Assembly: GCA_965644265.1 (NCBI GenBank) | Contig: OZ286462.1 | Coordinates: 68,882,001-68,946,000 of the forward strand | Length of the DNA stretch: 64,000 nt | From: Glycera tridactyla | Taxonomy: Eukaryota | Direction of reading: 5' to 3' | Shown: piece by piece, positions 1-13,377 of the stretch | Numbering within the stretch: the stretch's first letter is position 1 | How the letters are laid out: each line of letters starts with the position of its first letter | Made by a program: the position numbers and the translations under genes | Notes under the pieces: generated by a model | Told to the model about the DNA's origin: nothing | Databases searched by the model: none | The model's input: only the letters and a program-made list of their open reading frames with translations

Positions 1-2344
1 AGGTAAGTTCTACTCAAATCCATATCATTTCTTGCCTAGATCAAATAGTGGACTCTTGTTTCACTTCTCTGTGTTTCAAGATTGGTTAAATCTCACACAG
101 GTGTAGAGAATGGCATACAGTGGAACCTGTTAACAGAGACTCTGACTAGATGACAACAAAAGTGGTTTCACAAGACTTTCAGGTATATATTTGACCAAAT
201 AGGAAAGGGTTTGCACAGGCTCTTCATTGAATTTGTTCCTCAGTTGTTCCTCGGGCAGGTACAGCAAGGATTTCACATGCCCTTGCCATTTTCTTCACCT
301 CCCCTCTTGAATATAATCCTGAAGTACTTAATAATTATTATGTATAAAGTCTTGTTTTGGAAACTTAGATAGTTTGACTATAGTACATGCTTCCCAGATT
401 TCACATTTGCACATTGCATTTCAGATGGGCTGCGTACATTTGGTCTGTATTGCCTATTTTCTACGGTTCCTCGGTTATTCACTACTGAGGGATCCGTGGT
501 GGGTGCTGGCCATCGAGCCTCTACATTGCATTACATTTGGTCTAATGCATTCCGCAGTGAGTGCATACTGTAGTCGAATCACCCCACCGGGCATGCATGG
601 CACCATCCAAGGCTTTGTGAGTGGACTTAACTTTGGCTTTGGTGAGTATAAATAGCATTATGAAGAAGTAAAACCACTTCTCAGCGAGCTGTGGATAGTT
701 ACCCTGGATGAGATCTTATGATACATAGTGAAACCTACAATGAGAGATCCTCCGGTGCGAGACCAACTCTGATGGGTGACAGCATTTTTCCGGCATCTTC
801 TCAGAAATTCAGGGTGAGGAGAGATAGCCGCCCACCCGCTCGGGGCCGGTAGAAATTCATCATAAATGACTTGCATATATAAGCAGGGCAGGTTGATTTT
901 CCAGGTGTGCAGATTAATTTTTTGATGTCTTCTCACCCTGGGGATCTTCTTGCTTGGGAATATGTATGGGTCTTTTGGGCACATTGATGCAGATTTCATG
1001 TGCCATTTCGGATTTGTGGGTGCCTTAAACCATGTAATCATATAAAAGTATCGAAAATTCCATGTGCCTTCTGGACACAAGATATATGGTTTAATGTGCC
1101 CTTTCACAACTTTATGTGCCATTTGCCACAGGGCACAGTGTGAAATTATCCCTGCACCCTGAGAAAATTTGGTTTCAATTTTGATTCTGATACAAGGAGC
1201 AGGTTGAATTTTGTGTCAGCATATCCTTGGTTCTGTGATACGTGGATGAGTGCTGGCTTCTGTTCATATTTACCATTATTTATATCAGAATATATTGATA
1301 ATACTTTAGCCTTTTCAAACTATTGAAGTAGTTCACACTTATCAAGGTTTCGAAAGTTGATCGCACATTTTGCTCATCTTTGCAGGCAAGGGATGCGGCT
1401 CATTACTTGGTGGTATACTGTTTGAGAATTATGGTGCTTATGTGACGTTCACGAGCCAGAGTGTGGCAGCTATAGTCCTCCTTGTGTTTCATGGAGCGTC
1501 CCAGGTTTACCAGCGTTGGTGCGCCACTCAAGATGGCAGCACTAGTGGTGAACAAGATCCAGATCTGGAAAGAGAAATTACAGAAGAGAAAGGTATTCAA
1601 ACATGGATGAATTTGTGAAGTTGGAATAGCTCTCCATCAAGTTTACTTCATTCAAAAATCAGGAGAAAAAACTGGATTCAATCAGATTCCTGCCTCCATA
1701 TTCTGAATTATTTCGTACCCCCTTACCCTCAAATTCCGAATCCAGCTTCAGTACATTTTCATATGGACAGCAAGCCCCTTATCCCCAAGTTCTTACTTCC
1801 AGCAGTGATGCAAATGACCAAGAAATTTGCTGAGTTTCAGAAGTACAGCTTTGCAAAATGAATCTGAAATTTGTTTGACAGGGTCCGAGCCTCTCAGATA
1901 TGCATTGTTTGAAGGTATATTCAGAACTTCTCGGAACATATCAGAATCTGCAGCAATGAACATTGTTTCAGAAAATATATGTGCAATGAAGATCAGTGTT
2001 TTACAAACAATTGTAGGCAAGAACTGCTTTTCATTTATAAACAGCAGCTGCCATATGATATTAAGCCCATGCACCCTGTCGATTCCCTGTCATCTCATTA
2101 CCATACTTTTCTTCAGGCGTTCTCTGTACAATTGTGGAAGTCGCAACCGAAATCCATTAAGTTTGTTGCATTTCTTGCATTGTGGGTCATATCAGGACAT
2201 GCTCTTTCTGTTGCAGAGTTCTTGCCAGCGCCGGAGGGGGAACATTCCGATGAAGACGATGATCTGAAGCCCGGTCTTGATACTCACAAAAGCCTTGAGA
2301 ATGATTTCATTCTGACTACACATTCCGAACCAGCCGACTGCTAA
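1..2344 (+). CDS. MFSD6: MFSD6-like MFS transporter, copy 1 (3' part only)
   Basis: The window opens on the donor of the large exon (AG|GTAAGT at 1-8, homologous to 16401-16408). Exons 425-641, 1386-1592 and 2217-2344 have GT-AG borders and splice in frame (MGCVHLVC..WVLAIEPLHCITFGL..GFVSGLNFGFG / KGCGSLLGGILF.. / EFLPAP..EPADC*). Internal exon sizes (217, 207) match the other copies. The symbol denotes the family, not orthology. Confidence 0.85.
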
Positions 2345-2505
2345 ACTGCACTTTCACAGCAAGAGTCATCTATATTTCTACCAGCCTTATTTTATGGGAC
2401 CAACATAGTTTTTCTTCAAATGATTGGACATGTCTTGTCTAATATATATGGGTACTTAACAATCAGTGAGTTCCATCGGTTGAAGTAAATTAGATCTCAT
2501 AAGTG

Positions 2506-2960
2506 CTATTTCATTATGATTCTTGCTATACCAAAAAAATCACTGTTATTGCTGCAGATGCGCCTGACACGTAGGAATTCACTATAGGGTAATCCTTTTT
2601 TGATTGTGTCTGGGTGGGAGGATGAGTACAACAAATAGTTGTGGGAGTCGTTTGGTTTACAGAAAAGGGTAGTTTTCAAGGTCCCATTATCTCTCTTGAA
2701 CAGGGTGGTGTCTAGGAAATCTACTCGAGAAGTCGAGTAATGCAGGGTGAATTTGACCCTGGGATGTCTGGAATTAAGGTAGTTTGTGAATTCCAGTAAT
2801 TCTTCTTCTCCATGTTGCCAGATGATGATGCAATCATCAATGTACCTTTTCCAAAGACGTGGTTGGTGGGTGTACTTGTACACATGTTTTTCTTCAAAGG
2901 TGCTCATAAAAGCACATGCCACAGCTGGAGAGCATTTTGAACCCATGCTTACAGACATTA
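2506..2960 (-). mobile_element. Penelope-like element (PLE) reverse transcriptase fragment
   Basis: Motifs SMGSKCSP..WKRYIDDCIIIW..VKFT..VDFLDTTL..LFCKP..YLLYSSSHP..KKGLPYSEFLRVRRICS are typical of PLE RT and thumb. Truncated at both ends, no GIY-YIG domain. AATTAGATCT flanks the insert at 2488-2497 and 3311-3320 (possible TSD). Confidence 0.8.
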
Positions 2961-3310
2961 AATGACATTAGAACTTGCCTTGCACCAGGCCTCATTGAGT
3001 TTCCATGGTAACCAAATATTTCCCATTTACTCATAGAGCACATTGGTTCTAGCATGTGGCTGAGAGGGGTTGGAGCATGAAGTTTGGGGTAAGGTGAGCT
3101 GATATAGTTGTCAGATGTGGATGTATCCACCATCAAAATACACAGTCTGTGGATCAGGTGGTCTATAAAATCAAATAATCAAACATCAAGTTGGTATTCA
3201 AATGTTTGATTTCTTCGCGCAATCAAATCAAATTCAACTATATTTGAACTTCGGCACATCACTAGTTCTCAAGGTTGAATATGCCCAAGCAGGTTGAATT
3301 CACACATATT

Positions 3311-4071
3311 AATTAGATCTTAAGTTGTTTTACAAATCAATTGACATACATTTTGTCAACTGTTATCTCTATGTGCCTAAACCTGTGATATCATTTTGCT
3401 ATGTTGAAAATGCTCAAGGTGGCTAAGTCTTGTGATGAGATATTTCATCTGACTGACTCTGAGATGACTTGATATTAAGGTTCAACCTGTCATGCTATAC
3501 CTCATCATGTGTTCAGGGTGAGTGAATATGATGCTTGCTGCTATCATAGATCTGAAATGAATGGCGCACATAATGCCACTAGTCACTACATGCCATCATC
3601 TTGTGTTCAGGGTTTGGGAGAGAGATGTCTGCAGATGAGAGGACATCTAGCTTTCATTAACCAGACACACACGGCATACATAATTAGATCTTAAGTTGTT
3701 TTATAAATCAATGGATACACATTTTGTCAACCGTTATCTTTATGCGTCTGAACCTGTGATATACAGTTTGCAATGTTTAAAATGCTCAAGGTGTTCAAGT
3801 CTTGTGATGAGATATTTCATCTGACTGACTCTAAGATGACTTGATATTAAGGTTCAACCTGTCATGCTATACCTCATCATGTGTTCAGGGTGAGTGATGC
3901 TTGCTGCTATCATAGATCTGAAATGAATGGTGCACATCTTGTGTCCAGGGTTTGTGAGAGGGATGTCTGCAGATGAGAGAACATTTAGGTTTCATTAACC
4001 AGACACACACGGCATATATATTCTTAGGGTTGATACATGCCGTTAAACCACAAACAAACAAGCAAACAAAC
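3311..4071 (+). repeat. 371-bp tandem duplication ending in the 3' part and (CAAA)n tail of the 480-bp retroposon family
   Basis: Units start with AATTAGATCTTAAG at 3311 and 3682. Both contain CATCTTGTGTTCAGGGTTTG..ACACACGGCATA, also seen at 54735-54810. The second unit ends GCCGTTAAACCACAAACAAAC. Confidence 0.8.
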
Positions 4072-4367
4072 ACTGCATGCCATTAAAGCACACTAAGTCC
4101 ACCTGTCACTCTCTGATGGAATGTGATTCATAATCTGAATCCCTCTCAGTTAGTTGCTATGTATTCTGTGTAATGTGTTATCCTGGAATCCTGGCTACAA
4201 TCCTGGAGTTTGTTTCCTAATTTGGCATTTGCATCTGCTTGGGAGTCCAGTGTCTCTATAAATGGAAGCCGCCAGTGGGCATCAGACATTTACCTTGAAG
4301 GTTTGCCATCGGGGATGATGTGACTCGGGTGTAACATCATCCTTTCTCTTTTTCTCAATAGGTTTCT

Positions 4368-4368
<1 letters not shown>

Positions 4369-4402
<34 letters not shown>
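4369..4402 (+). repeat. G34 homopolymer
   Basis: Direct count of the G run. Confidence 0.9.
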
Positions 4403-4403
<1 letters not shown>

Positions 4404-5536
4404 GGTGAATGAAAATTTACCCTCATAATTCTCTGTCATCTGTCTTTAGGCAAATACTACTTTTCATCACATTTCTTCACATCTAACTGTTCTGGTATAT
4501 AAATGTGCATCATTTGTGTGAATATTGTTATGATTAACACATGTTATTGCAATTGTTGACTTTGGAATGTATTGTATTCTCCCTAATTAGCTCCCCGGGG
4601 GTTGCCAATTCGCAAAGGGGGCGCTTATTTGCTCAAAATATGTCCAAATCACCGATGGGTGATAATCAATTATTTTAGCGAATGTTCTCTGGTGATTACG
4701 AAAATATCGGAAAACTTTTGATTAACGCATTCCTCGGATTCTATTTGTGTCGCGTAGAAGGTGAAACTACAAAAAACTTCAAATATTCACTGAATGCAGG
4801 CAGAATTAGGTGCGGCGTCAGTATCAGCTGTGTATAAACACTCGATCTCACTGACTTGTCAACCGTGAGTTTTTTTGTGGCGCAATAAATAACAAGAAAT
4901 ATCGAACTCACAGTGAAAAGGATCACACGAATGAGTGTTCTCAGCACCAAATAGTGTGGTATCCATGCTTAAAGCTTGAAAATCCATCGAATATCTGCAA
5001 AAAAAAGCAGAAATATCAAGTGGCAGCATCATTCGTCCACGTGCACACCGCCATGTTGGATCTGGCCTTCTTGCTGGCTCAGAAAGAGCAGGAAATTCAA
5101 ACATCCGGGACTTTCAAAGCCAGTGTCAACTAATGAGGGTTGGGCGCTAATCAGGTAGAATACGGTATATTATCCTCACACATGAGATATGGGTGTTCAC
5201 CCCCAGTGTGAGTTTTTCTTGATGAAAAATAACAAACTATGTTGCGCATCTCACTCCAAAGTTTCACATACTTTGTCTTCCAGTGAATATCTTGAATACT
5301 CCACCTCATTCCATCTCTAGTAATGATAGTGTCCAATTTGTGGATTCCCCACATGATATCAATTTGATGGGCATTAAATGGGACCATTTTTTGTGGAAGA
5401 TGTAGAAGAGAATCTGGAATTACTCAGACAAGAAACTGCGAAAACACATCGCTCTCACAAAAACTGATTGTCTGATTGTTCAAGATGGCCACAATACTGA
5501 TTTCAAAATGTGCTTGGTGAATATGTAACTGCAGTC

Positions 5537-5785
5537 NNNNNNNNNNNNNNNNNNNNNNNNNNNNNNNNNNNNNNNNNNNNNNNNNNNNNNNNNNNNNNNN
5601 NNNNNNNNNNNNNNNNNNNNNNNNNNNNNNNNNNNNNNNNNNNNNNNNNNNNNNNNNNNNNNNNNNNNNNNNNNNNNNNNNNNNNNNNNNNNNNNNNNNN
5701 NNNNNNNNNNNNNNNNNNNNNNNNNNNNNNNNNNNNNNNNNNNNNNNNNNNNNNNNNNNNNNNNNNNNNNNNNNNNNNNNNNNNN
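5537..5785. other. Assembly gap
   Basis: Run of N. Confidence 1.
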
Positions 5786-6199
5786 ACAACTCAATCTATA
5801 TTTTGCCGAGTACAACTCAATCTATATTTTGCTAGATTGCCATCACCTGTGTTTTGGGAAAAGTGTGTATCAGATTCCAAGACTTTGCATTACCATCCAC
5901 TGTGTTCCGAGAGTAGTGCTGTAAAAGAGAGGGAGTCACATTTTTTTGAATGAGAAATTCTTCACTCTAGTCAGTGAACAAATTATTTATGTATGCATAA
6001 TATTTTGTTTCATAGAATAAATCTTTTAATTCACCTTATTTGTCGCATTGTTCTCAAAAGTGAATCTCTGTGGGTTGAAAACTGAAGGAGCCATCTTTTT
6101 TTTCTGTTCATCTGTTCTATCAGAGTTAGAGCAATAATCTTGGTTTGAAGTCTGGATAACGGATTTACCTCTGGAAATTGGCAGACCTGAAACTATTTA

Positions 6200-6252
6200 A
6201 GACCCCTCCTGGGTCCCCAAAGGGAGGTGAAATTTATGACACTCAAGGTATC
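6200..6252 (-). mobile_element. 170-bp SINE-like family, 5' fragment
   Basis: Reverse complement reads GATACCTTGAGTGTCATAAATTTCACCTCCCTTTGGGGACCCAGGAG, matching the family head. Confidence 0.6.
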
Positions 6253-7828
6253 GTTTCTGGAGTCCCTGGTTTGGTTGTGTCACTATAGACAATGCGGGCA
6301 CACAAGTTCTTGGGGCTTTGACTAGGTCCACCAATCAAATCTCCTAGACATTGTGAATTAGATTGAAATATGAAACAAAATTCGTTTCTCTCACAAGTGT
6401 CCCTGAAGAGTACTTGCATGCACTATTATTCGAGACAGAAGTTAATGTCAGTTCTAAAACATAGTAGACAAATATTGGATAAGTAAAACAATATCAAATA
6501 ATTGTTCTTTGTGTACTTTCCAATTTTCTTCATAAAAAAATACTATTTCCTGAAAAATAAAACACAACTTTCCCTACACTTTGCAAGATAACTGGGTGAT
6601 GTTTTACATGTATGCACCATACACACTATCTCACGACCCGCCTACAATAATCTTGACATGCCCAAGATTCAGGCTGTGTAATATCATTTCATAGGAGAGC
6701 AAACATGGACAGTCCATACTACTGGAATTATCGGTGAAAGGTGATAGATTTTGTGAAGACCTGGACGTTGGTTAGTTTCATTGTTGTTGTCAGTATGCAG
6801 GCAGTTCCAATGTTTGGGAAACCTGTATCTGACACTTCCACTAGCAATTTGAAGACAGTAAAGAGGTACAAATATAGAGCTTGTACTAGCCCTTGTCATT
6901 CTACCTGTGTGCGCAGTGGCAAAAATATCAAATGTCAATTTCATGTTCACAAGGGAACTGGAGTCAGCATCGTAATTCCTAAAATAACACCTAGATTCTG
7001 AATTTCACTAATGTTTGCATTTAGAGGCACACCTTCATTTCGTCCATTATTATGGTTTGGTCACCGCATTCATGGTTGCCATGGTAACCATGGAAACTTG
7101 CACCTTGAATGCTATATTTGTCTATGATACATGGATGCAATCTTTTTACACAGAAATGTTCAGTTTCTTTGTCTGAATAATGCAGCATGAGGGGGATTTG
7201 ATTTCCCACTTCAAACCTAGAGATATTGGTTAATCATTTTCCAAACCTGACCCATTTCCTTGTTTTCTGTACTACACCCAATGAGAGCATCACTGTTGGA
7301 ATCAAATATAGATTTCAAGCCAGTCACATAGCAGGATCTACCATTCATAGGACCCTTTATATTCATCTAAGGTGTGAATGGTCATCTTCCGATTGACAAC
7401 CACTCGGGTCACCGTTAATTTATGTGAAGGGTTTATGAGAGTGATACCTATAGGGGACAGGACATCCAGCTTTCGAAGATCAGGAAAACATGGCATACGT
7501 AATCCTTTGGGTCCAACCAAAGCAAATCATATGGGTCTGTAGCTTGTCGTTAGCTCTCCTTGATCGTGATGTTGAACGGTTCTACCGATCTTGGAAATGT
7601 AGCCATGAATGCGATCATAACCACAGGACGTTGTCTGTGAAGAATTTGCTTGCAGATTCCCTTATGTCATCATCGACTAATCTGATCTGAGCTGTCATTA
7701 CCATTAGGCTCATGTGAACTTGTGGTACCTCTATCTAGTCTGATGTGTCTAAACACTTCTACCTATCGTGGGAATTGAGCAAATGGGTAATCATAGCGAT
7801 TCAGCCTAATGATCATCTATTTGAGAAA

Positions 7829-7987
7829 TTACACCTTCAGTGTCTGTGAATTTCATAAATTTTCACCTTCTGTTTGGGACCCAGAAGGAGGAGTCTTGGA
7901 AGATCCCGCCCATGCCCATTGCATGGGCGTCACAATATAGCCCAGATGGTGCTGACGTGACGTTAAACTAGAACCAACCAACCAGCC
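7829..7987 (+). mobile_element. 170-bp SINE-like element
   Basis: ACACCTTCAGTGTCTGTGAATTTCAT..GGGACCCAGAAGG..GGGCGTCACAATATAGCCCAGATGGTGCTGACGTGACGTTAAAC plus (AACC)n tail; near-identical to 15205-15366. Confidence 0.85.
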
Positions 7988-8379
7988 ATCATCTCGTTGG
8001 TGCCGAAAACGGAACTATGAAGCTGTTCTGAATAGTGGCAATGCTCCTAAAAAAGTCCCTGGACAACCCCCCCCCCCCCCCCGTAGGGTATGCTTTTATT
8101 GATAGAGAATATATTGGTTGATTCGAGTATACAGCTATTTAATAGAATTGGATGTCATTTCATCCGGAGGCAATGACACAGAAACGAAGGTGTAACAATT
8201 GTTGACTTTCTTGGGCTTCAATAAGCTAACATACAGAATGCTTGAAACACACCAAAGCCTGATGCTATAAAACTCTGTCAAATCATCATGATCGAACTCA
8301 GTATTGTCTATAACAGCCTTTTCTTCCAGAGTGATAAGAAGCTGTCACAGACAGTGTAACCCTCTCCATGGATGCCATT

Positions 8380-8925
8380 TCACAAAGGGCAATAACTCCA
8401 TGCGTGTACACACACACACACAAATACACACGCACAAACACACACAAAGAAGGAATTGAGTTTAATGTTTGTGTCCGAATAGAGGAGTCTCCAGATGTAA
8501 TCGACGCAGATCATAATGAACGACTTCAGAATACTTGTATAGGTCTTACATAACACAAGTATGAACAACAAAAGCTTGTCAGTTACAGAGAAGATTACAT
8601 AACTATGAGAGCAAAACTGAGAGAAGCATCGTTCATTTCAGGGAGGTGTTTCACAATACAGACAGTGCTAATGGGCCAAATTATGCCAAAAATGCATGTA
8701 AAATTCATTGAAGGGCAATAACTCCTTCAAAAATGATTCAATCACAAAACCCTGACAATATGCACTGTAGAACCTTATGATGATCATCCCAGGAAAGTCT
8801 GGTGAAAATCGGATGTGAAAAGAATGAGGAGTTGCGCAGCCAAGAAAGTGTCTTGGACAGACAGACGGACTGACGGACGGCCACTATTTTAATATCCCCA
8901 CGCCTCTCGGCGGCGAGGGATGATT
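8380..8925 (+). mobile_element. Helentron/HINE-like non-autonomous element, 3' part
   Basis: Repeated subunit AGGGCAATAACTCC (8386, 8712), a (GACA/GACG)n microsatellite at 8856-8880, then a GC hairpin ATCCCCACGCC..GGCGAGGGAT (8894-8921). This layout resembles molluscan CvA/pearl-type HINEs. Confidence 0.5.
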
Positions 8926-9513
8926 AACACAGAACCCTGACCAGTCGCTGCTTTTGCTCTATTGTGATGGCCTCCCTTCTGGACAGAGGACTAGTGAGGG
9001 AAAGGACATAGTTTCTCCAGCACGCCGTAATCTCTCATGATCCATGTGATCAGATCGGTAGGCCTTCACCATATGGCCAAACAATTGAGCCCCCCCCCCC
9101 CTCCCTCTCTCTTTCTCTCTCTCAACCTACCAACTAGCGGACCACCCAACCAACCAATCCACCAAACAATCAAGCACATGACGTTCAACAATGAAGCATC
9201 ATTTTGTACTGTAACATAGTGAGGCTTTGACTGTGGTAGTGTTAGGTATAATACAGCAAGGGTGTGGTGTTGGTAGTGGTGATGTAGTGGGGATGGTGGA
9301 CTGAGTTAAATTTAGGGGTCTCACTCCGTATAGACAGAAGATCGATGATATAAACGTTAGCTTTCCTCATCATCTTATAGCACAATGAGGATGGTAGTAG
9401 TGGTATTTGTGTAACAGGGATGGTTTCCGTAGTAGTCAGAAGGAGTGGCATTGCTTCATGTCAAATCTTAATGATGAAGCTGATGGTGGTAGCACAATGG
9501 AGGTAATAGTGAT

Positions 9514-9682
9514 TGAAATGACACCTTGAGTGTCTGTGAATTTCATAAATTTTCGCCCTCTGTTGGGGATCCAGAAGGAGGAGTCTTGAATGATCCCACC
9601 CATGCTCATTGGATGGGCGTCACAATATAGCCCAGATGGAGCTGACGTGACGTTAAACCCTCAACAAAACCAAGACCAAACC
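9514..9682 (+). mobile_element. 170-bp SINE-like element
   Basis: TGAAATGACACCTTGAGTGTCTGTGAATTTCATAAATTTTCGCC..GACGTGACGTTAAACCC with a CAA-rich tail. Confidence 0.85.
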
Positions 9683-11224
9683 AATGTATCGGTGCAACAG
9701 GAATGGTTAGTTGATTGTTTTACGTCCCTTGAGTACCAAGCAGACTATTTTGAGACATCCATGCACTGGAATGGGTGGGATCAGTCAATATTCTTCCTGC
9801 TGTTACCGCAACGGGAGGTGAGAGTTCGTGAAATTCACATAGCAGTGGTCATTTCTGGTATAAAAATTAATGCTTCTTCGTGCTCACTAATGTAACAATT
9901 TCAGGACTGCTTATACAAATCAAGTGGACAATGAAGATGGTGATCGCGATATTCAAAATATATTTGGCATATGTTTGAAAAAATGGCCTGCCATACTACG
10001 ACCTCGTAGTAGATTTAAACTTTTGGAACAAATGGCCTGCCATATTTTCATAACAGCGCCATCTTTTTTTGACTGTAACTGATGCTTCCAGTAGATCCGG
10101 TAGGTGTCACCTGATGCAAATTCGTGATTTGGAGACCTCTATCATTCGAAAAGCTAACCAACTCAACGATGTTGCAGTGACACCTACAGTTAATATCATG
10201 AATCTCTCGTTCAAGCTGCAACCACTAGATGGTGCGATGGTTATTGGATAAAAATTTGTTTATTGCTGGTTTATGAGTGAAATATTCCACCAAGCCTGGT
10301 GATGATACCAGGTCCTATATATTGTATAGATCAAAATATCAAAATCGTAATGCGTATTAGATATATTAGGTCAATGATGGATTTCCACAATGCAACAGTG
10401 ACAGATATGTTCACAAACCATACATATTGGATGTGGCATTGACGGCATTGCTTGGTCAGAGTCTGTGAGTGAAAATCACCGAAAACATTCTGAATAGTTG
10501 AGTGGCAGCGCCTTTCTTGTAACGCCTAAAATATGAGAATCTTGCTGTAGGATAGATATATTCTCGATGGTATGATTCCTGTTTGATATAATTGATTCCA
10601 ATGATTCAGAAATGGTATATATGTGTACAGTAATGGTGCCACTCATGAAGTTGAATGGTTGGTCGACTGGTCACTTGATTCACATCCAATAAGCAGCATT
10701 TGTGCTATATTGAGATGCCCACGTGACAGGCACACTTGGTATCATACAAGACTCTTCCACCTGATTCCTTGCAGGTGGGGATTGATGAGATTCACCAACT
10801 CGCAAGGTGTCATTTTTGATTGACATTGATGAGGGTAAGAAGGTTTGATTGATTGATTGATTGATTGTTCAATTGCTTGATGTTCAATGGCATGGATCAA
10901 CCCAAAGCAGTATATATGCCATGTGTTCCTTGTGAATGAAAGCTACATATTCTCTGCCCAGCAGGCATCACTTACACAAAACCTGAACAGAAGATGATAG
11001 GGAAGCTCAAAGATGGTGGCGATGGTGATAATCATCATCGTCATAATTTCCTCGAAAAAGAGAGAAAATGAATAAGTCGAATTGTCTATGAATTCTCGTA
11101 GATTCGAACTGATATATCTAAGGTGTTTGTTGTGGGGGATTTGGAGGAAGCAGATATCAGGAAGGAGATTATGATTCGCCAATCCACGTGAGTCCGGTTG
11201 GCGGGTCAGAACTATGATTTGGAA

Positions 11225-11490
11225 ATTTGGTTGATTGGTTGGTCAGGTGGGCGGGTGAGTGGTTAGGTGGACAAGTGGCTGGGAGGTAGATGGGATAATG
11301 GTTGGATGGGTGGTTGGTCAGGTGGGTGGTGGAGCTGGTGGATGGGTGAGTGGGTGACCAAGCAGGTGGATGGGTTCTTGGATGGGTGGATCGTTGACCG
11401 GATGGGCGGGAGCGTGGGTTGTTGTTTGAATGGTTGGTTGGCCAGTGTGTGGGTGCATGGATGGGTGAGTGGGTGGGTTGGTGGGTTGAT
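11225..11490 (+). repeat. Degenerate (GGTT/GGAT/GGGT)n low-complexity tract
   Basis: Tetranucleotide-like G/T-rich run; it explains the spurious W/G-rich and P/H/T-rich ORFs here. Confidence 0.8.
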
Positions 11491-13377
11491 GTTCGACCAG
11501 GAAGGTGCACGCTTTGTTGGTGTATAATTTCTCGCAGATGTACTATGTACATAAGTTGTCGAGAATCGAGCACTGAAGGAAATATGTTGAATGATAGGCG
11601 GTTGGTGCCATGTTGGAGATCCAAGGTTCAAATCCACAAGAAATCGGATGATTTCTGAAAATGTAATTTGTACATTCCAGTGGTGTATCGTGTAACACAG
11701 TTTCATCTATGTTGAATGTGACTTTTTTTCTTTGCAGGATGGTGCTCAATGCACCTAAGAAGATGGCATAAGGAGAGATCATTCGCTGGTCGCGAGCATC
11801 ATCTGTCATGAGGAGCCATATGATTTCAGATGTCTTGTCATGTTCATCGATCGGTGAACATTGGATGAACATCAGTGCATTGTGTGTGTTGTTATCTGTT
11901 CATATTTAAGGTAGCTGAGAACGATGGCTATACTGAAATGTCGGGGAATGTAGAAGAATCAGTCCTGAAGAAAACTGTTATTCCACAACAAACACACAAA
12001 TAAGCTGCAACAGTGGCTTGGCAAGTGACGAGGAGGAATCTTCCGGATGTGTGCTTTTCAGCATAAAAATATTATATGAAAATGTTTTTAACAAAACATT
12101 TCCAAGGCGGCAAGGCGGCTCTGCCCAATGGAGAAAACCAGGATTGTTTTCGTTAGAAAACAAACCCTTCGCAGAACGGTACGTGGGTTCTGTCGGTGTA
12201 ATCCCGCCGAATCTCGGCGTGCTCCTCGGTTTTATACTAGCTAATTGCTCCACCCCTTTGGCGCTCATAGCAGCCAATAGCGTGGAGCATAGATATGAAT
12301 AATCATAAGATGTTCTCAATGCTCGGGGTGGTATATATTTATAGACCGGGAGCTATAGTTGGTTTATGTTAAAAATGTGAGCTTACTAGCTACACGAAAC
12401 ATATTTGAACTGATCTCATTTTCCTGTGCATTGCTTTGCTTTCCATTGCTCAGATGGTAGGCCTGAGGGTTATGATAACCGACATTTTACAATAGCACTA
12501 ATGCACGCATTTACATTATCCCCCCACTTTGATTACTGACCGTGACACTCTACAAAATCAAGGATTATTACCATATGCTTTATAATGGCGTGTGCCACAG
12601 CTTGCCAGGTCAACAGAAACGTGCTACCAGCCAAGGCGTCTTATTTCTCCTACTTTGCAGGTAGGTTCTATTAATTCTAGAGATGAAATGTTCTTAGAAT
12701 GACATGATGAGTGACCTCGTGATTCCAAAGTGAAACATGCAATGCGAATTCAACATGAAGTGTCCATTTTAGAGAGGGAGACTGCCAATGGATTTACATT
12801 TCAATCGGTTGAATAGAAACGCTATCTGGGAAGATTTGCATGTTGCTAGATTTTGTTCTTTTTGTTTCGCTCTCTGCAGAAATGGAAATGGCTTGGAAAG
12901 GCCTGACATCTCTGGGTCTGTTCTGGGTCCCTGACAACGACTTCAAACAACTGAGATAATATACTCAGTCCTGTCTTTGGATGGTTAAATTTGTGTTCAG
13001 TGGGAATTGCAAGATTCTTCCTAGCACACGCGTGTAGGTTCTATTGTAGAATCAAAGATGCTGTTAGATCGGAGACTGTTGATGATCATGGGGCCAACGT
13101 GCTAATTTGGATCTACTGATTTACAGAAATTGAGTAAATTGATTGTCCTGCCTATGAATTTGGGTCAAACTATTGGTTGATTAGCTAAAATTCTAAAATG
13201 TTTTGCCCTACATGATTATGCAAGAGAGATAGATACTCTAAAATTGCAAACATCATCATCATCTCATAACCTAGGTACAGGTTCTTTGGCAGCCAGAAAT
13301 GTGCCGCAAGTTCTGATACACACCTACCCACATCAAATAAAACTATGAAAAAAACCTCATTGTTCAAAATTGGATAT

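Noticed and set aside
658-1155. 154-aa antisense ORF and a possible hAT relic (repeated TGTGCC motifs) in the copy 1 intron
   Set aside because: No domain similarity; only a 6-bp terminal match and no TSD.
3232-3280. Hammerhead-like fold upstream of the PLE RT (minus strand ATTCAAC-CTTGAGAA..CGAAG..TA-GTTGAAT)
   Set aside because: The core deviates from CUGANGA/GAAA at several catalytic positions and stem II does not close; at best a decayed relic.
4369-4402. G34 run as a functional G-quadruplex
   Set aside because: Homopolymer length is unreliable in assemblies, several similar G/C runs occur in the window, and no functional context is visible.
5151-5387. ORF with KTHTGGEHPY resembling a C2H2 linker
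   Set aside because: No correctly spaced Cys/His pairs around it.
5424-5953. ORFs spanning N gaps (also around 53.0-53.5 kb and 63.4-63.8 kb)
   Set aside because: Artefacts of translating N.
11169-11706. Several 80-150-aa ORFs on both strands
   Set aside because: Products of the G/T-rich low-complexity tract.
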